Below, piece by piece: positions 46,216 to 56,491 of a stretch of DNA of 64,000 bases (positions are counted from its first letter, which is position 1; each line of letters starts with the position of its first letter). The notes beneath the pieces were generated by a model that searched no databases, had not been told where the DNA came from, and worked only from the letters and a program-made list of their open reading frames with translations. Source of the stretch: Promethearchaeota archaeon (GTDB taxonomy: Archaea; Asgardarchaeota; Lokiarchaeia; Sigyniarchaeales; SOKP01); assembly GCA_048937405.1 (NCBI GenBank), contig JBHLNF010000001.1:720785-784784 (forward strand). Reading direction: 5' to 3'. The position numbers and the translations under genes were made by a program.

Positions 46216-47901
46216 ATGAAGGATTTAGAAAAGAAATTATTTGATCAGTCGTGGAATTATAAGAATAGGGATAAAATAATTAGAAGGCTAAAAGAAGTTG
46301 ATTTTGATTTAGTGATTATTGGAGCAGGGATAACCGGGGCGGGTATTGCGAGAGAAGCAACAATGAGAGGACTTACAGTTGCTTGCATCGATATGCAGGA
46401 TTTTTCAGCAGGAACTTCTTCAAGAAGTTCAAAAATGGCTCATGGAGGGCTAAGATATATCACTCATGGAGAGATGGATTTAGTTAAAGAAGCTACAAGA
46501 GAAAGAAATTGGATGCGAATACATATTCCTCATTTAGTTAGACCAGTACCATTTTATTTACCAGCAATAGAAGGGGGAAAATATAAAAAACGAGCTTTAA
46601 CTGCGGCTGTAAAACTTTATGATTTTTTAAGTGATGATAATTCAGAGTTTATAAATTTTAAGAAACACCAATGGCATTCTCCAGAAGAAATTTTTGAATT
46701 AGAACCTGAATTTTTAAGAATTGGAAATTTAGGAGGTGCAGTATATTATGACAATAATATTGATGATGCCAGATTAACAATTGAGATATTAAAAGAAGCT
46801 GTTATAAGAGGTGCTGATATAGTAAATTACTGCAAGGTAATTGGATATATAAAAGAAAATAATAAAATAATGGGAGTTAAATGTCGGGATTTGGAAAAAA
46901 ACGATCTATTTGAAATAAAAGGAAAATTAGTTGTAAATGCAACAGGAATCTGGACAGATAATTTACTTGAACTATATCCTGATGATGTTCCAAAACCTTT
47001 GATTAGACCAACTAAAGGAGTTCATCTACAATATAGACGAAAGCATATTAAAAATAATATGGCAAATGCTCTATATTCTCCAATTGATAATCGAATCTTT
47101 TTTGTTATACCTCGAGATAAAAAATATACAATTTTAGGTACAACTGATACTGATTATGATGGGGATTTAATTAATCCCTTTTGTTCTAAAGATGATGCTG
47201 ATTACTTAATTACATCAACAAAAAAGTATTATCCAAATGCTGAATTAGAATATAAAAATATTTTATCAACATATGCTGGAATAAGACCATTAGTAATGCA
47301 AAAGGGGAAATCTGAAAGTGAAGTATCGCGAACTCATACAATTTTTTTCTCTGATGATGATTTATTAACAATTACAGGAGGTAAATTAACAGAATGGCGT
47401 GCTATGGCGGAAGATTTATTCAATAGAATAGAAGAAAAAGAAATATTTCCAAATATTAAAAGAGATAAGCATTTTAGTAGACAGCCTTTTTTAATCGGAC
47501 TTTCCAGGGAAGATTGGTTAAAAGAGTCAAAAAAAAATCATCATAGTATAGATCCTGATGTTTTAAATCATTTATATCAGCAATACGGTAAAGGTGTTAT
47601 TAAAATTCTTGAAATAATAAATAATGATGAATCTTTAAAAGAAAAAATAATTGAAGATAATACTTTCATAAAAGCAGAAATTCTTTATTGTCTAAGATAT
47701 GAGCATACGCCTCATTTAATTGATGTATTTTGCAGAAGGACAGAAATGTCTCTTTGGATTGATCATAGAATAGCCTCAAAAGCAGCAGAAAAAGTTGCTG
47801 AAATAATGGCCGATGAATATTCTTGGGATGAAAATAAAAAAAGACAAGAAATTGAAATATATATGGATTACATTAAAAAAACAGTCTCTTTTATTACTTA
47901 A
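46216..47901 (+). CDS. glpD: FAD-dependent glycerol-3-phosphate dehydrogenase
   Basis: IIGAGITGAG, GTSSRSSKMAHGGLRY, DDARL, GTTD, YAGIRPL, GGKLT. Confidence 0.92.
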   Translation: MKDLEKKLFDQSWNYKNRDKIIRRLKEVDFDLVIIGAGITGAGIAREATMRGLTVACIDMQDFSAGTSSRSSKMAHGGLRYITHGEMDLVKEATRERNWMRIHIPHLVRPVPFYLPAIEGGKYKKRALTAAVKLYDFLSDDNSEFINFKKHQWHSPEEIFELEPEFLRIGNLGGAVYYDNNIDDARLTIEILKEAVIRGADIVNYCKVIGYIKENNKIMGVKCRDLEKNDLFEIKGKLVVNATGIWTDNLLELYPDDVPKPLIRPTKGVHLQYRRKHIKNNMANALYSPIDNRIFFVIPRDKKYTILGTTDTDYDGDLINPFCSKDDADYLITSTKKYYPNAELEYKNILSTYAGIRPLVMQKGKSESEVSRTHTIFFSDDDLLTITGGKLTEWRAMAEDLFNRIEEKEIFPNIKRDKHFSRQPFLIGLSREDWLKESKKNHHSIDPDVLNHLYQQYGKGVIKILEIINNDESLKEKIIEDNTFIKAEILYCLRYEHTPHLIDVFCRRTEMSLWIDHRIASKAAEKVAEIMADEYSWDENKKRQEIEIYMDYIKKTVSFIT

Positions 47902-48010
47902 TCCTTTCCAACTTTATTTTTTAATTATTGGACTCCATTAGAATTATATTTTTAAAAAATAATATACAATATAATAACAAATCAAAAATTACATCGATGT
48001 GTGAAAATAC

Positions 48011-48673
48011 TTGATTTTCGCGTGGGATTTTACAGAAAATTTTTTACGACCTCTATCACAATGGGGAGGTTTTTTCTTTTTAATCCTTGGAATTATGTGG
48101 CTTATCTATGCTGCTTATGAGACAATGAGGAGAGGTTCTTTCAAAAAACGAAAAGTGGAGTCTTGGGATTTTGATATTACTAAATTTCTTAAAATATTGA
48201 CTTATCTGGGATTTATTGTTGGAATCTTTAGTATGTTGGTTGGAATAGGTGAATTAATATTGAAGGAACCACCAAGTGTAGCCTATGCAAATAATTACGG
48301 AGATGAGAGGAGTTTTTTTTCCGCTATTCTACTGATTGTTTTTGGAGTTTTTACATTTTTGAAACCTTTAAATGATCTGCCAATTGCTAGCATTGTTGCG
48401 TTGGTCATAGCTATTGCGGTTGGTCTTCTAGTATGCATACTGATTCCAGATACTTTAGTTGAACATATTGCCATTCATATTAATCCAAAGATTTTTTTCA
48501 TAGTAATATTTATCATTACTCTAGCAATTGTAGCTCTCATTGTTAAATTTTATATTGCAGGAATAATGGGTATTTCAAAAGTACTATCATGGCCTCCTTT
48601 CGCATTTATCGTAGCTATCGTGTGTGTAATCCAAGGATTTTTATTACTAGTGCTTGGCATTAGTATTTTGTGA
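48011..48673 (+). CDS. Hypothetical multi-pass membrane protein
   Basis: About 6 hydrophobic helices. TTG start. Confidence 0.75.
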   Translation: MIFAWDFTENFLRPLSQWGGFFFLILGIMWLIYAAYETMRRGSFKKRKVESWDFDITKFLKILTYLGFIVGIFSMLVGIGELILKEPPSVAYANNYGDERSFFSAILLIVFGVFTFLKPLNDLPIASIVALVIAIAVGLLVCILIPDTLVEHIAIHINPKIFFIVIFIITLAIVALIVKFYIAGIMGISKVLSWPPFAFIVAIVCVIQGFLLLVLGISIL

Positions 48674-48791
48674 TATTTCTAAATTTCTAAAATTTTTTTT
48701 ATCTTTTATTAAACAAATAGAAATGATATCTAAATTATTATGGATATAATAAGAATAAAGTTTTTTTTATAAATATTATTTCTTTAAAATT

Positions 48792-49277
48792 ATGAAAAGT
48801 CTTATAGTATACTTCACAATGGGAGGAAGAACGAAGAAAACTGCCGAAGCTATTGCAAGTTCTCTCTCTAATTATGAAGTGAGTTATTTTCCAATAGAAT
48901 TAAAAGGGAAATTTATCGAAAAGATAAAAAAATTAGATAAATTCATGAATAATGATTTTTCTGAGATTGAAACTGAATTAAATACTCTTAGTATCTCTGA
49001 GTATGACTTAATACTTATTGGTATGCCTACATATGGAAATTTTCCACCTAAAGTATTTGATGAAATTTTAGTTAGAATGGGATATCTTAGTGGAAAAAGA
49101 GTTATTGTTTTCAATACAGCTCGATTTACTGGTGGAAAAGCACTTGAATATATGAAAAAAAAAGTAGAGGAACTAGGCGCTCTTGTAATTGATCAAGCAA
49201 AATTTAGAAAAGTATTTTGGATTGGAGTAAAAAACGCCATAAAATTCGGTAAAAAAATCAATGAAAGAAAAGAATGA
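48792..49277 (+). CDS. Flavodoxin family protein
   Basis: IVYFTMGGRTKKTAEAIA, YDLILIGMPTYG. Confidence 0.85.
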   Translation: MKSLIVYFTMGGRTKKTAEAIASSLSNYEVSYFPIELKGKFIEKIKKLDKFMNNDFSEIETELNTLSISEYDLILIGMPTYGNFPPKVFDEILVRMGYLSGKRVIVFNTARFTGGKALEYMKKKVEELGALVIDQAKFRKVFWIGVKNAIKFGKKINERKE

Positions 49278-49339
49278 CTAGATATAAGTTAGATATTAAA
49301 GATACTAAAATATTTTTCAAAATTTTTAGAATATAAATG

Positions 49340-50452
49340 CTAAAAGAAACTAAATCTATGTAATGGTTTCTTATTTATTTCTCCAATAATGTCATTATTC
49401 AGATCATATGAACAATTTGGACATTTCTTTTCATCAGTCACATCAATATTTTTGAAACTATAACCTCTTCTTCCTATTAATAAAAAATTACAGTTTGGAC
49501 AATATGTATTTCCACCCTTCTCATGATTTATATTTCCAACATAAGGAAAATGAATTCCTGATTCTATTGCAATATTATAAGCCATATCTAACGTTTCATA
49601 AGGAGTTCGTTTCATTGAAGGCATTTTAAAATCAGGATGATAAGCAGAGAAATGAGTAGGAGTATCTTTCCCTAGATTTTCTACAATCCAAACACAGAGT
49701 TTTTTAATATCTTCCTTCCTATCATTTAAATCAGGGATAATCAAATTGGTAATTTCAATGTGAATTCCATTCGATTTAAATTTTTTTGCGGTATCTAAAA
49801 CAGGTTGAACAGATTTAACTCCACATATCTTTTTATAGAATTCATCAGACATTGCTTTAATATCGATATTTGCGGCATCAATTCCTACTTCAATCAGCTC
49901 TTTTGTAGCTTCTGGAGTTGAAAAACCATTTGTTACTAAAATCGTTTTAATATCATATTTCTTCAGAAGAGGAACTGTATCTATAATCCATTCATGCCAT
50001 ATTAATGGTTCATTATAAGTATAAGCGATAGTTTTTGCTCCACTCTTAACAACTTTTTTTTCTAATTGCTCAGGAGTCATTTCCACTAATGTCATACTTT
50101 GACCTTCATAACCTTGAATGTCATAAAATCCATTTTTTCCGTTGTCCGTTGGATTTGCTTGTGATATATTCCAATTTTGGCAATTCTGGCATTTAAAAGA
50201 ACAACCAATCGAGGCAATTGAATATGCTATGGCACCTGGATAGAAATTATACAGTGGCTTCTTTTCAATTGGGTCTAAACTTCCCGAAGAAATAAGTGAT
50301 CCATAAATAAGGGTGTAGAGTTCTCCTCGAAAATTTTTTCTTGTTCTACATATTCCCACTTTATCAGGTAAGATTATACATTCGTTAGCACATACATGAC
50401 ATTTCACTTTATTTTCTTCAAGAGTATCAAATAGTCTCGCTTTTAATTTCAT
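49340..50452 (-). CDS. amrS: AmmeMemoRadiSam-type radical SAM enzyme (PFL-activating enzyme family)
   Basis: CHVCANEC, DPIEKKPLYNFYPG, CSFKCQNC (CxxxCxxC), AYTYNEP, TYCPNC. Confidence 0.9.
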   Translation of the reverse strand: MKLKARLFDTLEENKVKCHVCANECIILPDKVGICRTRKNFRGELYTLIYGSLISSGSLDPIEKKPLYNFYPGAIAYSIASIGCSFKCQNCQNWNISQANPTDNGKNGFYDIQGYEGQSMTLVEMTPEQLEKKVVKSGAKTIAYTYNEPLIWHEWIIDTVPLLKKYDIKTILVTNGFSTPEATKELIEVGIDAANIDIKAMSDEFYKKICGVKSVQPVLDTAKKFKSNGIHIEITNLIIPDLNDRKEDIKKLCVWIVENLGKDTPTHFSAYHPDFKMPSMKRTPYETLDMAYNIAIESGIHFPYVGNINHEKGGNTYCPNCNFLLIGRRGYSFKNIDVTDEKKCPNCSYDLNNDIIGEINKKPLHRFSFF

Positions 50453-50569
50453 ATAGTTAACCTTTTTTAGATAATAATTTACATATTTTATCTCTAAATA
50501 TATAATAGATATGAAATTTTATAATTCTTATAGATACAAATCATATCTTTAAAAAAAAGAAAAATAGAA

Positions 50570-51004
50570 ATGTCAAGAATAGAAAAAGCAATCTCAAATT
50601 TTGAGGGAAATTGTAATTGTGCTCAATCAATATTGAGTGCTTTCAGCACTGACTTTGGATTAAATAGAGAAATAGCATTAAAAATTGCAACTGGTTTTGG
50701 AGGTGGAATGGCTCGATTTGGTCGAACTTGTGGTGCAGTTAGTGGGGCGTATATGGTTATAGGACTAAGATATGGAATGGGTTTAAATGAGGATGTGGAA
50801 ATGAAAGAGAAAACGTATGAAGTTATAAAAGAATTTTCCAAACGATTTCAAAAATTATATGGTTCCGAACTTTGTAAAGAATTAATCGGTTGTGATCTTG
50901 ACACGCCTGAAGGTAGAGAATATTTTTATCAGAATAAGTTATTTGAAAAAAAATGTTACCATTATGTTAAAAATGTTGCTGAGATTTTAGAAGAACTATT
51001 ATAA
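50570..51004 (+). CDS. C_GCAxxG_C_C family redox protein
   Basis: NCAQS, GFGGGM, TCGAVSG, LCKEL, KC. Confidence 0.9.
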   Translation: MSRIEKAISNFEGNCNCAQSILSAFSTDFGLNREIALKIATGFGGGMARFGRTCGAVSGAYMVIGLRYGMGLNEDVEMKEKTYEVIKEFSKRFQKLYGSELCKELIGCDLDTPEGREYFYQNKLFEKKCYHYVKNVAEILEELL

Positions 51005-51045
51005 GAGGATTATCGAAACACAATTATACTCAAGTAAAAATCTTT

Positions 51046-51966
51046 ATGACAGAGAATGAAACGGAATCTGCAAAAAAAGAATTAATTAAAGTATTAAATG
51101 AAAAATTGGAAAATCTAAAAAGACTAGAAGAAGTTGGTAAAGGTTCTAATTACATTCAAGAATTAAGTGATATTGCTTTAATTCAGCTTCAACTAGGAAA
51201 TTTTATCGAGTCAGAAGAAAATTATTTTATATGTTTAAAGCATTTCAAAAAACAAAAAGATAGACTAGGACAAGCAGCGGTTTATGGGTTATTAGCTACT
51301 CTATATTTTAAAAAAGGCAATTATCAGAAAACGATAGAATTCTATGAAAGCGCATTTGATATTTATAAAAATTTAAATCAGTTCCAAGAGCAAATTATTT
51401 GTTTAAAAGGAATTGGAAAGGCATACATAAAATTAAACCAATTTGATGAAGCTTGTGATTTTTTTTTAGATTGTAGTACTGTTTGTTCAGATAATAATGA
51501 TATCTATAATTTATTGGATTGTTTAGAAAGCTTAATCTATATCCATGAGATTAATAAAAAATGGGATATTGTTTTTGAATTATACAAGAAAACTCTAAAA
51601 GCCTTTAAAGAAATTAAGGATATTAAAGGTATTATAATAACTTATTTCAATTTAGGAATTCTTAAAAAAAAAAATAAAGATTTTGAAGAATCACTCAGAT
51701 ATTTTAAAAAAGGAACTAATGTAGCGATTGATGCAAATTATGTAGAACTAATTATAAGAGGTCTTGGTTATGTTGGTGAAATGTTATTTTATCGTGGAAA
51801 AATAAAAGAAGCAAAAGACCAATTCATACGAGCATTGCACATAGCTAAAAAAAATAATGCTAAAAATGCAATAATTCAAATTAGGATTCTCTTACAATCA
51901 CTTGGCATGCAAGATAAAAATATTATAGAAGAATTAAAAAAGATGGAAAAGAAAAAAATTTTTTAA
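51046..51966 (+). CDS. TPR-repeat protein
   Basis: Repeated ~40-aa helical units (LATLYFKKGNYQKTIEFYESA; LGILKKKNKDFEESLRYFKKG). Confidence 0.85.
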   Translation: MTENETESAKKELIKVLNEKLENLKRLEEVGKGSNYIQELSDIALIQLQLGNFIESEENYFICLKHFKKQKDRLGQAAVYGLLATLYFKKGNYQKTIEFYESAFDIYKNLNQFQEQIICLKGIGKAYIKLNQFDEACDFFLDCSTVCSDNNDIYNLLDCLESLIYIHEINKKWDIVFELYKKTLKAFKEIKDIKGIIITYFNLGILKKKNKDFEESLRYFKKGTNVAIDANYVELIIRGLGYVGEMLFYRGKIKEAKDQFIRALHIAKKNNAKNAIIQIRILLQSLGMQDKNIIEELKKMEKKKIF

Positions 51967-51999
51967 TACAAAGAAAAAATACCTAACTTTCCAATATTC

Positions 52000-52155
52000 T
52001 TATTTCGAGTTTTTTTGATTCTTGTAATCTTCCTTATTAGCTTTTCTTAAGCCTTCCGCACCACATTTATCACAATATTCATGATTTGTGTGAGCAAATT
52101 CTCCACATTTATCACATATGAATGGAAAGGTTTTTTTAAATAATTTGACATCCAT
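52000..52155 (-). CDS. Small 51-aa Zn-finger protein (below the ORF-track cutoff)
   Basis: MDVKLFKKTFPFICDKCGEFAHTNHEYCDKCGAEGLRKANKEDYKNQKNSK. Two CDKCG motifs; AGTGA SD-like sequence upstream. Confidence 0.75.
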   Translation of the reverse strand: MDVKLFKKTFPFICDKCGEFAHTNHEYCDKCGAEGLRKANKEDYKNQKNSK

Positions 52156-52481
52156 AGTTTTTCACTTTTAAAAAAATCGAAGCTTTTCTTAATGAAAAAT
52201 TTTATCCCTTTTATTAGTTTTTAAAAAATTATATATCTGTCAAGGTATCCCAAAATATTTATAAATTCATTTCTAACTATGGATATTATGTTAAATATCT
52301 TAATTTGTAAAAAAATTAAGATCTCAACTTAATCCTATTTTTATAAAATTATATAAATAGGATTTTTAAATTTCTATATATATCTTGTAATAGTATTTAG
52401 GAGATATAATTACTTAATTATAAATAAAACCGTTTGTATTTTTATTTTAGGAGTTTTCACTTCATATAAATTAATTCAATT

Positions 52482-53930
52482 ATGCTTATGAAGATATGTC
52501 CTTATTGTAAAAGTCCAATTGAGAATAATTGGTCTTACTGTAGAAATTGTAACAAACCTTTGATCACAAATCTAGATGATGCTTTAGAGAGAGATATGAG
52601 ATTTACTTATGATGATCCTGGAAGCTATCACTTCAATCTTGAAGAAAACAGTGATATTTATGATGATGTAGGTACTAAAGACGAAGAAATTGATCAAAAA
52701 ATAAAAAAAATAGATTCAGTATTAGAAGATAAAGAAGTTCTAGGAGAGCCAATTCCAGGATCATTATTATTAGAGAAATCAAGTTTATATTATAAGAAAA
52801 GAGATATACCAAAAGCATTGAAAATCCTTGAATTGGCACTTAATAATTTTAAAGAACAAGAGGATTTACTTAATGTAGCTATTTGTCATAATGAATTAGG
52901 AATTATTCAAGAAGATAATGGATATTATGATCAAGCAATCTATCATTTTAATATGTCTCTTGAAATTCTAAATAAATTGAATGATAAATCCAAAATAATC
53001 AAAATTTTCAATAATTTAGGGAATGTTTACTTCTTAATTAAAGATTTAGAACAATCTTATAATTATTATCAAGAAGCATATAACCTTTCTCAACAAGAAA
53101 ATCTTATTTTTGAAGAAGTTAAGTCTTCTAGTAATTTGGTTGAGGTTCTTTTTTTATTAAAGGATTATGTTCAGATTAAAAGAATTTTAGAAAATAATCT
53201 TGCCTATTTTGAAGATAATGAGGATGCATATGGAATTATTACAACAGAGATAAAATATGGAAAATTATATTATTTTATAGGTGAGGACTATAATGAATCT
53301 CATCAACACTTAACTAAAGCCTTAGAGATTATTGAAAAAGTAAAAGAGAATATCACGGTTTATGTAAAAGCAAAATTGGAATGGGAATGTTTTTTCTATC
53401 TTGGACAAATTTATCGTTTGTGGGATAATCTTACTAAAGCTGAAAATTTGTTTCTCCAAAGCTTAGAAGCAGTACGTATTTATGAATTTGGAGATAACAT
53501 TAAAGAAGGAGATATCTTAGAAAATTTAGCAGAATTAAATATATTCAAGGGGGATGTTAGGAGAGCTTTAGATTATTATGATTTAGCATGTGAAATATTT
53601 TATAAATTTGGAGAAAAAAAAAAAAATGCTGATCTAAAATATAAAATGGGAGAAATTCATTTAGAATATATGGAAAATACTTTAAAAGCAATAAACTATA
53701 TTGAAGTAGCATTGAATATTTATGAAGATCTAGAATATACTAAAGAGTGTGCAATAGGTTATCATAAATTAGGTGATATTTACCTTCTTAGAGGTATGAT
53801 TGACATTGCAATATTAAATTTCGAAAATGCAAAAGATTATTATCAAAATATCGAAGATGGTTATAATATGAATTTACTCGAAGAAAAAATAAACTCATTA
53901 AAAAATCAAAATAATATTAATATTCTTTAG
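52482..53930 (+). CDS. Zn-ribbon + TPR-repeat protein
   Basis: N-terminal CPYC...CRNC, an acidic linker, then many TPRs. Confidence 0.85.
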   Translation: MLMKICPYCKSPIENNWSYCRNCNKPLITNLDDALERDMRFTYDDPGSYHFNLEENSDIYDDVGTKDEEIDQKIKKIDSVLEDKEVLGEPIPGSLLLEKSSLYYKKRDIPKALKILELALNNFKEQEDLLNVAICHNELGIIQEDNGYYDQAIYHFNMSLEILNKLNDKSKIIKIFNNLGNVYFLIKDLEQSYNYYQEAYNLSQQENLIFEEVKSSSNLVEVLFLLKDYVQIKRILENNLAYFEDNEDAYGIITTEIKYGKLYYFIGEDYNESHQHLTKALEIIEKVKENITVYVKAKLEWECFFYLGQIYRLWDNLTKAENLFLQSLEAVRIYEFGDNIKEGDILENLAELNIFKGDVRRALDYYDLACEIFYKFGEKKKNADLKYKMGEIHLEYMENTLKAINYIEVALNIYEDLEYTKECAIGYHKLGDIYLLRGMIDIAILNFENAKDYYQNIEDGYNMNLLEEKINSLKNQNNINIL

Positions 53931-53960
53931 AAATAGAAAAATTTTGATTGATTTTGTTTT

Positions 53961-54644
53961 TTAATTATCAGTTATTTCAAAATCTTGTATTCTATAAATC
54001 TTTTTACCGTATTCTTCAAATCCCATTCCTTTTATAAATAATAATGATACAATATTATCTTTATAAACTTCACATCGAATCTCTTTAACGTTAGGATGCT
54101 TTTCTTTAAGATATTGCCAACTTGCCATACCTAACATCGATCCAAGACCTTTTCGTTGAAATCTTGGGATTACTCCTAGAGCCGCTATTATCGCAAATTC
54201 ATTATTTTCTCCTTCAAAGTCAAGAAGGAGAAAACCAGCATCTGTTCCATATACTTTTGCAATAAGGAACACAGTTTCAGAATATTCAAGTATTTTTTGA
54301 AGATCAGTTTTTGTTATGGGACGATAAGGAGTATTAGAGGTTAACCAAGAGCGATTATATATATATTTTAAAGTATCAAGATCTGTTTTAGTTGCTTCTC
54401 GGATTTTAGCATGAATAATACCATGATCAATATGTTCCCTCAATTCTTCTCCAAATTCGCCACTGATTTTCTCAACAGGAAGTCTCATTTGAATGTAAAC
54501 CATACCATCTCGATAGAGTTCATCTGCAGATTTGTCAACGTCTATCTTTTGCTTTTTTTTTATTTCAATAGAGGAAAAAAAAGCTCTGATCTTTCTCTTT
54601 TTGAGATCTAATTTTTTCTTGATTTCTAGTTTTGATTTTGCCAT
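53961..54644 (-). CDS. GNAT acetyltransferase
   Basis: IREAT, LGVIPRFQRKGLG, N..SLLFIKGMGF. Confidence 0.85.
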   Translation of the reverse strand: MAKSKLEIKKKLDLKKRKIRAFFSSIEIKKKQKIDVDKSADELYRDGMVYIQMRLPVEKISGEFGEELREHIDHGIIHAKIREATKTDLDTLKYIYNRSWLTSNTPYRPITKTDLQKILEYSETVFLIAKVYGTDAGFLLLDFEGENNEFAIIAALGVIPRFQRKGLGSMLGMASWQYLKEKHPNVKEIRCEVYKDNIVSLLFIKGMGFEEYGKKIYRIQDFEITDN

Positions 54645-54665
54645 AATATATGATAAAATATTGAT

Positions 54666-56300
54666 TTAGGCAATATAATTCAAATTTTCACGAATAATTC
54701 TTTCAATATCATCATTAAGTAGCAATTTTTCTTTTAATTTCGATATACCTAATTGAATCCTCTTTTTAAAGTTAAGATCTTTGATTAAATTTTTATGTTC
54801 GCAAGAAAATTCAAAATTTGATCGTGTAGCCATGTCTGTTTCTATTCTTTCATTTACTATATTTTTCAAACTAACAAATGCATCTGAAATATTTTCATAT
54901 ATTAATTCTGGGTTATCAGTTATGAATCCAGGAAAGATGATATTCATATATTCTTCCATATTATCTTCATCTTCAATAAACATCGAGTATATTGGCATAT
55001 AAATCCACTGTATAGGTCTAGAAAACAAATCTGATTGATTATCTTTGAGAGACCATTCAATTAATTTTTGAGCTTCTTGTAAACAAGCATTGTGTTTACT
55101 TTGGATAATATTCTTAATGTTAGCTATTAAGTTTTCTATCTGAGACTTTGCATTATTTAACACAGAAATTTTTCCTTCCTTTTCAGTTTCGAATTCAGCT
55201 AATTGTTTATTTCTATCATTAAGTTGTAAATGTAGAGAATCTTGTATTTGTTTCAATTTTTTTTTTGCTTCAATATCGATTTTGGTTCCTTGTTCTTTCA
55301 TTTCAATAAATTTATGATGAAGGGAATCAAGAGAATCTAAAAACCTTTTTGTTTCCTCTTCTAAATAATTAAATTGATTTTCAAAATGAGGAATAATATC
55401 TTTGAAAACTCGACTCTTTAGTGAATCCCCACTAGTATAAAATTTATTTTTCTTTACTATTTCTTCAAGATGCCTTTCAAAAGTTTTAAAAAGAGTAGTG
55501 ATGCTTTCAATAATTTTTTTCTTCTCATTAACAACCCATTGGTCAATTCTATCCCGTTCTATTTTTGTCTGTTCGTCTACTTGAGAGGTATCTATTGATA
55601 TTGAGGCTTTAGTAATTTGACTTGAATATCGAGAATCAATATCTTTCAATTGAACATTTAGATCAATCAACCATTTATTAACATCTTTACTAATCAATTC
55701 AATTTGAGTTTTCCATCTTAACGCATTCCCCTTCATAGTATTAATTATTTGGCGATATTCCTCAGAAATAGTTAAAGCAATTTCAGTTGAAATACTAGTA
55801 TCTAATACCGTGTATTCTCCTATTGGTTTATATTCAATAAGAGGAATTATTTTTAGTAAAGAGTTAAGAAACACAGGATTAATTAAACCATCAATTTTTA
55901 GCGTGTGAAATTCAGATTCTTCTCCTTCTCCAATTTCTTCAGCTTCTTTATCTTTATATGTTAAAATATTTATAATGGTTTGTAAAAGCTCAATATTAGA
56001 TCTACTATCAATATTTCTTAGAATATGGCCAATTAGAGGTTGGCGAGGTGGGTTTGTATACCGATCTTTTTTACTAAAAATATTTAATCCGTCTAACATA
56101 ATATGAGTACTAATAACACCCTGTATGCTTAATATTGGCCAGAGAAGTCTCGAAAAAGAGAGAATTTTTTTATCTTTGCCTAATTCCTTAGTTAGAAGAT
56201 AAAATGCTAAAGTTATTTCATCATTTCCTTGAATCAAAAGAGGACGAGAATCCTTTCTGATAAATAACGGTAATAAATATTGATTTCCGTGTACAGTCAT
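54666..56300 (-). CDS. Hypothetical protein: a globular N/C-terminal domain interrupted by a long coiled coil
   Basis: 544-aa ORF with a central heptad-rich region. Beta-rich ends (RLLWPILSI; WIYMPIY...IIFPG). Confidence 0.75.
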   Translation of the reverse strand: MTVHGNQYLLPLFIRKDSRPLLIQGNDEITLAFYLLTKELGKDKKILSFSRLLWPILSIQGVISTHIMLDGLNIFSKKDRYTNPPRQPLIGHILRNIDSRSNIELLQTIINILTYKDKEAEEIGEGEESEFHTLKIDGLINPVFLNSLLKIIPLIEYKPIGEYTVLDTSISTEIALTISEEYRQIINTMKGNALRWKTQIELISKDVNKWLIDLNVQLKDIDSRYSSQITKASISIDTSQVDEQTKIERDRIDQWVVNEKKKIIESITTLFKTFERHLEEIVKKNKFYTSGDSLKSRVFKDIIPHFENQFNYLEEETKRFLDSLDSLHHKFIEMKEQGTKIDIEAKKKLKQIQDSLHLQLNDRNKQLAEFETEKEGKISVLNNAKSQIENLIANIKNIIQSKHNACLQEAQKLIEWSLKDNQSDLFSRPIQWIYMPIYSMFIEDEDNMEEYMNIIFPGFITDNPELIYENISDAFVSLKNIVNERIETDMATRSNFEFSCEHKNLIKDLNFKKRIQLGISKLKEKLLLNDDIERIIRENLNYIA

Positions 56301-56491
56301 ATATTTTAACTTGAATTTATAATTTAAATCTTTAATAGAAATATCTTATATATTAAATTTAAATAGGTTCAATCTTAAATTTTTATTCTTTTTTATTTTA
56401 ATCAATTTATTTAAAGAATATTTCTTTGCAAATATTCAAAGGGCATTATTAAAAGAATATTATAATAATAAAAATAAAAAGGAAAATTATT

